Of a stretch of 35,188 bases of DNA, positions 18,505 through 24,754 are shown piece by piece. Both the position numbers and the translations under genes were made by a program. The stretch spans positions 1 to 35,188 of IMG/VR virus record IMGVR_UViG_3300032218_000348; one strand, written 5' to 3'. Numbering within the stretch: position 1 is the stretch's first letter; every line of letters begins with the position of its first letter. This DNA comes from a virus (Duplodnaviria; Caudoviricetes). The notes below the pieces were generated by a model. The model saw nothing but the letters and a program-made list of their open reading frames with translations, did no database searches and was not told the DNA's origin.

Positions 18505-18697
18505 TCTATATGTCCATTTATAGTCTTATAGACTATCCATACCCTATGCCCTATATGTCCGAATTAGGGGGGTATATTATATTTCAGTATAGTTTATTCC
18601 ATGATGCCCGCTATGTCTGATATGTACCTATTGTCCCACCTTAGGGGTGTGACCTATATCACATAGGTAATGTCCGACTTGCCCGAATTGTCCTATT
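18505..18697 (+). repeat. Array of degenerate TGYCC-core repeats with 9-bp period
   Basis: Cores at 18511; 18547, 18556; 18605, 18614, 18623, 18632; 18671, 18680, 18689. Confidence 0.6.
18648..18663. promoter_or_regulatory. Perfect CRP/GlxR-type operator TGTGA-N6-TCACA
   Basis: TGTGAcctataTCACA in non-coding DNA upstream of the first early promoter. Confidence 0.6.
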
Positions 18698-18724
18698 GAC
18701 ACGGGGGAAGTGAGCGTGTAAGAT
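18696..18724 (+). promoter_or_regulatory. sigma70/sigmaA-type early promoter P1
   Basis: TTGACA-17 nt-TAAGAT. Confidence 0.7.
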
Positions 18725-18760
18725 GTGCCCTGCACAAGTAAATAGAGAAGCGTCTAGGAC

Positions 18761-18910
18761 ATGGCAAGCGCGACCCGTAGCCTTCCGCGACACGCCGATA
18801 ATTGCGAAAGTTGCATATCGGTAGAGAGTCTGATATACTCTCTCTCACAAGCGCAACGAAAGAAGCGCAACGACCCGATAGCGTTGGTACTACGGGATAC
18901 AATTCAATAG
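18761..18910 (+). CDS. Possible 49-aa microprotein
   Basis: MASATRSLPRHADNCESC...DTIQ*; poor RBS spacing and overlaps P2 and the RNA candidate, so doubtful. Confidence 0.25.
   Translation: MASATRSLPRHADNCESCISVESLIYSLSQAQRKKRNDPIALVLRDTIQ
18811..18839 (+). promoter_or_regulatory. sigmaA-type early promoter P2
   Basis: TTGCAT-17 nt-TATACT with extended -10 TGn. Confidence 0.7.
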
Positions 18911-18990
18911 GGTTAGATAGAGCTCGACTAGTTACTAGTAGAAGCGGGTCGCCCGTGGTAACACGACCCCTATCTAATCTATAGAATTGA
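18845..18990 (+). ncRNA. Candidate structured small RNA between P2 and P3
   Basis: Closing stem CAAUUC..UUAGAUAG / CUAUCUAA..GAAUUG enclosing two hairpins (ACUAG-UUA-CUAGU; GGGUC..GUG-GUAA-CAC-GACCC). Confidence 0.45.
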
Positions 18991-19015
18991 CACGCGTTGG
19001 ATACTATGGTATCAT
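18987..19015 (+). promoter_or_regulatory. sigmaA-type early promoter P3
   Basis: TTGACA-17 nt-TATCAT with extended -10 TGn. Confidence 0.75.
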
Positions 19016-19077
19016 ATAGGCTCACTACCTATCAACGCACTAGTATAGGGAGATACCCTATATGAAAGGATACCACC

Positions 19078-19350
19078 ATGCCTAACCCTTACGGGGGAAG
19101 CGGTAGTATCGTAGTGACACCTATACGCCCTATAGTAACTAGTCGCAGACTAGGCTCTAATGGGTGGAGACTACACGACACCCCTAATGGGCGCGCCTTC
19201 AAGCGCACTCGTAATGGTAAGGTGAAAAGTAATCGCAACAAGGTGGAACGCGTACTGCCTACCCTTGATGAAGCAACCGCACTAGCACTAGTGGCTAAAT
19301 TGGCAACCGCCGAAACCACTACACTTAACCTTAATATCCACGATAAGTAG
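19078..19350 (+). CDS. Hypothetical early basic protein (90 aa)
   Basis: GAAAGGA RBS; first clear gene after P3. Confidence 0.7.
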   Translation: MPNPYGGSGSIVVTPIRPIVTSRRLGSNGWRLHDTPNGRAFKRTRNGKVKSNRNKVERVLPTLDEATALALVAKLATAETTTLNLNIHDK

Positions 19351-19355
19351 GATAC

Positions 19356-19400
19356 GCCACGCCTAGCGATAGGCTACATAGGTTCACGACCTAGCGTGGC
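19356..19400 (+). ncRNA. Compact three-way-junction RNA element
   Basis: GCCACG/CGUGGC closing stem; CCUA-GCGA-UAGG (GNRA loop); UAGGU-UCACG-ACCUA. Confidence 0.45.
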
Positions 19401-19405
19401 ACGAT

Positions 19406-19434
19406 TTGACAAGGTGTCGAATCTATGCTACACT
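19406..19434 (+). promoter_or_regulatory. sigmaA-type early promoter P4
   Basis: TTGACA-17 nt-TACACT with extended -10 TGn. Confidence 0.75.
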
Positions 19435-19461
19435 ATGGCATAACGCACGAAAGGTAAGAGC

Positions 19462-19563
19462 ATGGATAAGCCTCGGTTCTATACCTGCCCGAATTGTGGC
19501 AGACTATTACTAGGTGCATATCCACCCTGCCCTTGCCTATCAACGAAAGGTGATGAAGCATGA
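19462..19563 (+). CDS. Zn-ribbon microprotein (33 aa)
   Basis: Not in ORF track. GAAAGG RBS; MDKPRFYTCPNCGRLLLGAYPPCPCLSTKGDEA*; ATGA coupling to the next gene. Confidence 0.6.
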   Translation: MDKPRFYTCPNCGRLLLGAYPPCPCLSTKGDEA

Positions 19564-19715
19564 CCGCAACCCAACGCCTAACGGCGGAATTGCGAGCAAG
19601 TGAGTGGCTAGACTCTAGGGCTAGTGCTAAGGCACTATTCCAAGCGAATCTACTCGCTACCCCGTGGCAACCCGCAACCAAGCGGACACGCCTAGAAGGG
19701 TTACAGGCTCGATGA
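19560..19715 (+). CDS. Hypothetical protein (51 aa)
   Basis: Not in ORF track. GAAAGGTG RBS; MTATQRLTAELRASEWLDSR...LQAR*; ATGA overlaps at both ends. Confidence 0.6.
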   Translation: MTATQRLTAELRASEWLDSRASAKALFQANLLATPWQPATKRTRLEGLQAR

Positions 19716-19861
19716 ATAATACAGATATTCTCGCCGTAATCATAGCACTATCGGTGTCCATGACACTAGTAGTGACTACCGCCCTAGCCAACGCTAGACT
19801 TACTCGCAAAATCGAGTACCTTAAACTGCAACTGCGTAAGCATGGGCAGTTTGACAACTAG
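19712..19861 (+). CDS. Small single-pass membrane protein (49 aa)
   Basis: Start revised to ATG 19712; hydrophobic ILAVIIALSVSMTLVVTTAL followed by a basic tail. Confidence 0.65.
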   Translation: MNNTDILAVIIALSVSMTLVVTTALANARLTRKIEYLKLQLRKHGQFDN

Positions 19862-19879
19862 ATAAGATTATGCTATACT
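19851..19879 (+). promoter_or_regulatory. sigmaA-type early promoter P5
   Basis: TTGACA-17 nt-TATACT with extended -10 TGn, directly upstream of the amidoligase. Confidence 0.8.
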
Positions 19880-19913
19880 ACACCTACAACATACAGGAAG
19901 GGGGTGAGTAAAT

Positions 19914-21239
19914 ATGGCAGAAGAAGTAGAAGATATTATATGTAGTCTATGTGACCAAATCATAGATGACGAGACAGAGCGTAGATTCGATGACGGCTCT
20001 ATCGCTTGTGAGAATTGCACTATATGGTGCGAATCTTGCGAGAGTCTATCGTCTATAGATGACTCGATAAATGACGGCAGTAGTTACTATTGCTCGGACT
20101 GTGGCAAGAATTGCGAGCGTTGCAATAGTGCCTTTTCGGGTGACGATTACTTCGTTGATGACGAGTCATGGTGCGAGTATTGCTACGAGAATAACACCTT
20201 CTATTGTGAGCCTTGTGGCACTAGTTATAGTGACCGCAACGACTACTACCACATAGGAGATGATACTTGGTGTGATGATTGCACTAGCCGTCATGCATGG
20301 TTCTGCAACGATTGCGACCAGTATAATCGTGAAGGTGATGAGTGCTACAACTGTGAGAATACACAGAGTGGCAGTCCATCTATCGTTGGTCGTGAGTGTA
20401 ATTGCCGTAAGGTTATACACGAATACAACTGTAAGCCACCGCTAGTATTTCATGGCGAGTCCAAGAGTGGGCTCTACATGGGGCTAGAATTGGAGACACA
20501 GATTCGTGGTGGTAGCCTAGACGGTGCAGCCAAATATGCCACCAACGCTTTACTAGAAAATAAAATCGGCATCATTAAACATGACGGAAGTATCGGTCGT
20601 GACGGATATGACGGATTCGAGATAGTGACACAGCCACATACTCACTTGCAATTCAGAGAGAATAGTGATAGACTATGGGGTATCATCAACACGCTACGCC
20701 TAGACTATGGTGCTAGGTCATGGGATACCAAGTCCTGTGGCATACATATCCATGTCTCTCGCGCTGGCTTCTCAAGTGGTGCGCATATGCACCGCTTCAT
20801 ATCGTTCGTGTATTCCAATGCAGAATACATGATGAAATTCGGCGGGCGAAAGTCCGACTATGCTAGGTTCAATGATGTCTATACCTTCAACCAGTACGAC
20901 CAGCCAGTCAAGTCGTTTAAGCACAAGGTTGGAGACCCAAGCCGTAACAATACGGAAAGATATTCTGCCGTCAATACGCAGAATCGTGACACGCTAGAAC
21001 TACGGTTCTTTCGTGGCACTATGAATACCAGCACTATTCTATCGGCACTTGACTTAGCGCAAGCCATGATAGAATACACTAGGACACTACGACTTGATGA
21101 AGTCAAGCTAGGTGCGCTAGACTGGACATGGTTCGTTGATTATGTACGAGATAACAACGGACTGTATCCCGACCTGTATGCCCGTATCTACAAAGTATCG
21201 GGCATAGATATAATCAACCCAACACTAGAGAACGCATGA
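19914..21239 (+). CDS. Amidoligase (COOH-NH2 ligase, glutamine synthetase/GCS fold) with N-terminal multi-CxxC Zn-finger region
   Basis: GLELE, HDGSI, GFEIVTQP, CGIHIHVS, RYSAVN and TLELRFF motifs; ten CxxC pairs in the first ~150 aa. Confidence 0.85.
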   Translation: MAEEVEDIICSLCDQIIDDETERRFDDGSIACENCTIWCESCESLSSIDDSINDGSSYYCSDCGKNCERCNSAFSGDDYFVDDESWCEYCYENNTFYCEPCGTSYSDRNDYYHIGDDTWCDDCTSRHAWFCNDCDQYNREGDECYNCENTQSGSPSIVGRECNCRKVIHEYNCKPPLVFHGESKSGLYMGLELETQIRGGSLDGAAKYATNALLENKIGIIKHDGSIGRDGYDGFEIVTQPHTHLQFRENSDRLWGIINTLRLDYGARSWDTKSCGIHIHVSRAGFSSGAHMHRFISFVYSNAEYMMKFGGRKSDYARFNDVYTFNQYDQPVKSFKHKVGDPSRNNTERYSAVNTQNRDTLELRFFRGTMNTSTILSALDLAQAMIEYTRTLRLDEVKLGALDWTWFVDYVRDNNGLYPDLYARIYKVSGIDIINPTLENA

Positions 21240-21247
21240 GGTGATGT

Positions 21248-22096
21248 ATGTGTATCCTTGTAGTGTGTGAGCCTAACAGCACACCCACTAAAACAGACTT
21301 GCACAATGGTGCGTGTAGTAATCCACATGGATATGGCTTTGCCATTATCGCTGGAGATACTATCATATCAGAGCGTAGCATGTCTGCCAAAAAATCTATT
21401 GCACGATTCTTAGAATTGCGTAAGCAATATCCTAACGGCTACGCCATGTGGCACGCACGATACGCCACGCATGGTGTCAAGAACGAGGCTAACTGCCACC
21501 CCTTCAAGGTTGGCGGTTCAGACTTGACATACCTAGCACACAATGGTATACTAGATGTAACGATAGAGAAGTCGGACAAGCGTAGCGACACTAGAGTATT
21601 CGCAGAGGATACCTTGCCACTTATGGGTGGCGTGTCGGTACTTGACAATGATACAGTATGGACTATGGTTAGCAAGTGGGCAAGCGGTAGCAAGATATGT
21701 ATCCTTACCTTAGACCCTAGTGCTAAGCACGAAATCTACCTAGTCAATGAGAACTTAGGTACATGGGACAATGCTGGTATATGGTGGAGTAATCAGTCGC
21801 ATAAGCGCACCACATATACCACGCCAGCTACGGTATGGCAAGCACCAGCAAGGGGCTTGGATAAGGCAGAGCAACTAGCATATGACTACGCGCTCAAGCA
21901 TTACTATGAAGATGAGGGTGAAGAAGTAATAGACCTTTGCCCTAACTGCGAGACACTCGTAGACATGCATGAGAATCCATACTACTGCAACATGTGTGAG
22001 ATATGCTTCGACTGTAATACCAGTATCATAGATTGTCTATGCTATGCACCCAACAGGGATTGGTCAAGCCCTAAGGACTATGACCTATTCATGTAA
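21248..22096 (+). CDS. Class II (Ntn) glutamine amidotransferase with C-terminal Cys-rich domain
   Basis: M-C N-terminus, NPHGYG, HARYATHG, HPF, AHNG, SDT; C-terminal CPNC/CNMC/CFDC. Confidence 0.88.
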   Translation: MCILVVCEPNSTPTKTDLHNGACSNPHGYGFAIIAGDTIISERSMSAKKSIARFLELRKQYPNGYAMWHARYATHGVKNEANCHPFKVGGSDLTYLAHNGILDVTIEKSDKRSDTRVFAEDTLPLMGGVSVLDNDTVWTMVSKWASGSKICILTLDPSAKHEIYLVNENLGTWDNAGIWWSNQSHKRTTYTTPATVWQAPARGLDKAEQLAYDYALKHYYEDEGEEVIDLCPNCETLVDMHENPYYCNMCEICFDCNTSIIDCLCYAPNRDWSSPKDYDLFM

Positions 22097-22102
22097 CTAT
22101 AA

Positions 22103-22127
22103 TTCCACATGGACAGTCTATGTGGGG
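22103..22127 (+). terminator. Intergenic hairpin after the GATase
   Basis: UUCCACAUGGA-CAG-UCUAUGUGGGG stem with G.U pairs; no U-tail. Confidence 0.35.
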
Positions 22128-22154
22128 TAACACAAACTAACGAGAGGCAATACA

Positions 22155-22424
22155 ATGTACGCAATGGCAATTCAAAATATCGCAGATGAAATCTCTGCAC
22201 TAGCAAGCGAAGTATCCTACCTTGCACTATCGGTAGACACTTCATCTAACTACCCAACACGCGGTAGCATTGTGAAGGCTCTGCCTACACAAAATCGTTT
22301 CAAGGCTAAGTCAATGTGGGTATCATTGGGCGACGGTACATACAAGCACTTGACTGGTAGCAAGGGTCTCATCACAACCCATGCTCGCCTTGACGGGTAT
22401 GTCTCGACTGTATTCGAGGCATAA
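22155..22424 (+). CDS. Hypothetical protein (89 aa)
   Basis: AACGAGAGG RBS; clean ORF. Confidence 0.7.
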   Translation: MYAMAIQNIADEISALASEVSYLALSVDTSSNYPTRGSIVKALPTQNRFKAKSMWVSLGDGTYKHLTGSKGLITTHARLDGYVSTVFEA

Positions 22425-22429
22425 TCCGA

Positions 22430-22527
22430 GGGGCCTGAGCAAGCCCCAAACAAAAAAGGCTCACTAAAGTTACTGCCAGCGCTGCAGCGAGGCAAGTGCG
22501 TTCCTGAACATGAATTAAAACTGTTCA
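22430..22527 (+). ncRNA. Two tandem related H-type pseudoknot motifs
   Basis: GGGGC-CUGAGCAA-GCCCC-A-rich-GCUCA and GUUC-CUGAACAU-GAAU-UAAAAC-UGUUCA, with a compensatory G-C to A-U change. Confidence 0.55.
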
Positions 22528-22554
22528 CCATTATTACTAACGAGAGGATACATA

Positions 22555-22698
22555 ATGACAGAACGCATCGTACTATGGCAGACTACAATCTATGATAAAG
22601 ATGTAGCCAACATGAGTGAAGATAAGATTAAAGAATTAAGATTAGAATTAAGCAAAGCGGTATATGATATCTGTTGGAACTATGGGGTACACAACTGA
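22555..22698 (+). CDS. Hypothetical protein (47 aa)
   Basis: Not in ORF track. AACGAGAGG RBS; MTERIVLWQTTIYDKD...YGVHN*; TGATG coupling. Confidence 0.65.
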   Translation: MTERIVLWQTTIYDKDVANMSEDKIKELRLELSKAVYDICWNYGVHN

Positions 22699-22838
22699 TG
22701 AGTAAGTATGTAGTGATATGCCAAGTCGACGAGTGCGAGGCAGAGAACGAGGACTGGGAAGATAAAGATGGAACTTACTGGTTCACATGCTCAACATGTG
22801 GATACGATAACGAGGTGGTGTATAACCCATGGAAATAA
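22698..22838 (+). CDS. Zn-ribbon microprotein (46 aa)
   Basis: Not in ORF track. MSKYVVICQVDECEAENED...WFTCSTCGYDNEVVYNPWK*. Confidence 0.65.
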   Translation: MSKYVVICQVDECEAENEDWEDKDGTYWFTCSTCGYDNEVVYNPWK

Positions 22839-23173
22839 CTGACATGCAAGGATTATGTACGACACATGAGAACCCTGACCTATGGTTCGAGGACTCGGGC
22901 GACCTATTCGAGAGACGAAAGGGTAGCAAGAATCCTTTAATCAAGTTTGCAATACGCAAAGCAAACATGATACAAGCCATAGAGATATGTAACAGATGTC
23001 CGATTCGTACCAAATGTCTGAATGAGGGATTGAAAGATGAGAACTTAGACTATGGCATATGGGGTGGTTTGCTACCTGGCGAACGCATAGTCATGGTTGA
23101 TAAGATTGTCGGAGCAACCGACAGAAAGTATCGCGTAGTGACAGCGCAGAACATTAGGAGTTCAATGAAATGA
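22829..23173 (+). CDS. whiB: WhiB-family Fe-S transcriptional regulator
   Basis: C(x)PDLWF...AIEICNRCPIRTKCL...GIWGG: four Cys plus the G[IV]WGG turn. Confidence 0.92.
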   Translation: MEITDMQGLCTTHENPDLWFEDSGDLFERRKGSKNPLIKFAIRKANMIQAIEICNRCPIRTKCLNEGLKDENLDYGIWGGLLPGERIVMVDKIVGATDRKYRVVTAQNIRSSMK

Positions 23174-23559
23174 AATCAATATTCTTCTTGCTATTCGTAA
23201 TGGTTAGCATATTCCTGTTCACCCCTTCATCAGAAGCTCCAACACACACATACACAGTACAGAGCAAGTGGAGTAAGGCGGACAGCGAGGCATATGCAAG
23301 AGACCAATTGACTGCATGGCAAGAAGAACAATGGTCATGCCTTAGCAATCTGTGGGGCAAGGAATCCGCATGGAATCCTAAAGCCTACAATAGCGTCAGA
23401 GTTATGGGGAAGAACGCTGGCGGTATACCACAGTTGCTAGGGCTTGACCCTGCAACACCAGCCCCGCTTCAAATTGACAGAGGACTATCATACATATACT
23501 ATAGGTATGGTACGCCATGTGAGGCATGGCACTTCTTTAAGAAGCATGGGTGGCACTAA
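23170..23559 (+). CDS. Secreted lytic transglycosylase-like (SLT/aggregation-promoting-factor type) protein
   Basis: Signal peptide; CL..LW.KES.WNP.A, GGIPQ, QI..GL.YI..RYGTPC.AW....GW. Confidence 0.8.
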   Translation: MKSIFFLLFVMVSIFLFTPSSEAPTHTYTVQSKWSKADSEAYARDQLTAWQEEQWSCLSNLWGKESAWNPKAYNSVRVMGKNAGGIPQLLGLDPATPAPLQIDRGLSYIYYRYGTPCEAWHFFKKHGWH

Positions 23560-23768
23560 TGATAACCAAAGATAAGAAGATTATGTGCGACTCATGTCAC
23601 AAGGAGATAAAGGGTGAGGCAAATACAATCACTAATCATGGTAGAGGTTGGGCACGGTACGCCAAGAAGTTCAACCACTTCCACCCCACCCCACTTGATT
23701 GCGCAAACGCAACCGAAATGGTAAAGATATACATGAGCAGAGCCATGACACAACGAGAGGATAACTAA
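23559..23768 (+). CDS. Hypothetical Cys/His protein (69 aa)
   Basis: TAATG start at 23559; CDSC...HFH...C. Confidence 0.6.
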   Translation: MITKDKKIMCDSCHKEIKGEANTITNHGRGWARYAKKFNHFHPTPLDCANATEMVKIYMSRAMTQREDN

Positions 23769-24088
23769 TGGCTAAACATATTACAGAGATGAAGCCTGAT
23801 TACACTCAGGCTATGGACATACGCGGTAAGCCAACTGCTGTGTGCCCATGTGGGTGTGAGATATGGAATGTTAAGTGTAAGTTCGATGACGACGGCGAGA
23901 TTGACATGTACTTCTTGGACATGGAATGCGCTGAGTGTGGTACACTAGCTACCGCACCTACGCCAGTAGACTCAGAACCCGCTAAAGATATGTCGGCATG
24001 TACAAGGTGCGATACGATATATGAGACGGAAACCCTAATGACAATGGGTGACTGGCTTGTATGTGAGATATGTTGGGGTGATTTATGA
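23768..24088 (+). CDS. Double Zn-ribbon hypothetical protein (106 aa)
   Basis: CPCGC...CAEC and CTRC...CEIC; AACGAGAGG RBS. Confidence 0.7.
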   Translation: MAKHITEMKPDYTQAMDIRGKPTAVCPCGCEIWNVKCKFDDDGEIDMYFLDMECAECGTLATAPTPVDSEPAKDMSACTRCDTIYETETLMTMGDWLVCEICWGDL

Positions 24089-24252
24089 CCGAGTTCTTGC
24101 ACGAACTAATCAAGAAACGAACTATGAACCAAGTGATAAACGAAATGGTTGATACGTTTCCCGACCCATGGGAATACTCAGAACCACCACCACCATTCAC
24201 TGGTAATGAGAACGCACAACGATTCAGCAACCCAAGATTGGGGCCATACTAA
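24085..24252 (+). CDS. Hypothetical protein (55 aa)
   Basis: Not in ORF track. ATGA and TAATG coupling; MTEFLHELIKKR...PPPP...LGPY*. Confidence 0.6.
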   Translation: MTEFLHELIKKRTMNQVINEMVDTFPDPWEYSEPPPPFTGNENAQRFSNPRLGPY

Positions 24253-24428
24253 TGCCTAACTATGAGTACAAATGTGACGATTGTGGTACATCAGAAGAAC
24301 ACTATCGTAATATAGATGACAGGGACAACTGTCCCACATGTCAGTATTGCACACAACTGATGCGCAGAATAATCCATGCGACACCAGTTAAATTTAATGG
24401 CACAGGATTCTATTCAACAGGAGGATAG
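24252..24428 (+). CDS. FmdB-family Zn-ribbon protein (58 aa)
   Basis: Not in ORF track. MPNYEYKCDDCG...CPTCQYC..MRRI....VKFNGTGFYSTGG. Confidence 0.85.
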   Translation: MPNYEYKCDDCGTSEEHYRNIDDRDNCPTCQYCTQLMRRIIHATPVKFNGTGFYSTGG

Positions 24429-24429
24429 C

Positions 24430-24627
24430 ATGGGAATGCAAGATTTTACAGCAGAAGAAGTAACTTCTATAGTTAAGAAGTATGTATTAAACTGGGAAGA
24501 TTACGAGACCGAAGATGATTGCATCTCGGACAATATGGATGTTCTCTTTGAACACCTATGGGAAGAAGAGTTAAGTGATGAACCACTAGAAGAGTATGAG
24601 TTTGATGAAGAACTTATAGATGAGTAG
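24430..24627 (+). CDS. Highly acidic small protein (65 aa), possible DNA mimic
   Basis: Start at ATG 24430 (or 24436) after GGAGG; 25 D/E versus 2 K. Confidence 0.65.
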   Translation: MGMQDFTAEEVTSIVKKYVLNWEDYETEDDCISDNMDVLFEHLWEEELSDEPLEEYEFDEELIDE

Positions 24628-24754
24628 ACGCACAATCATAAAGTATGCACCATTACTAGTACCTTTAAGTATCTTCGTACTAGTAACGGTGTTTACTTAT
24701 ACTATGCTTCTTCTGATGAATCTTCTATCTCTTCTGTTTCCTTGGTGTCCTTAA
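24620..24754 (+). CDS. Possible small hydrophobic membrane peptide (44 aa)
   Basis: MSRRTIIKYAPLLVPLSIFVLVTVFTYTMLLLMNLLSLLFPWCP*; overlaps the terminator and the convergent sigma gene. Confidence 0.3.
   Translation: MSRRTIIKYAPLLVPLSIFVLVTVFTYTMLLLMNLLSLLFPWCP
24648..24698. terminator. Hairpin at the convergence of the early and replication operons
   Basis: CACC-a-TTACTAGTAC / GTACTAGTAA-c-GGTG followed by TTTACTT. Confidence 0.55.

Noticed and set aside
18440-18900. CRISPR or mini-array near a Cas4-like gene
   Set aside because: Repeats are 9-11 nt and degenerate with no unique spacers of regular length; the Cas4-like gene is a typical solo phage exonuclease about 10 kb away
18693-19025. 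110-aa minus-strand ORF and 60-aa plus-strand ORF in the control region
   Set aside because: No RBS, atypical composition, and they overlap three promoters and structured elements
19356-19400. tRNA gene (T-arm-like GGTTCACGACC)
   Set aside because: Only 45 nt; no anticodon arm, no proper D-arm and no canonical T-loop; kept only as a structured element
23586-23601. Second CRP-like site TGCGA-N6-TCACA
   Set aside because: One mismatch and inside a coding sequence; compatible with chance
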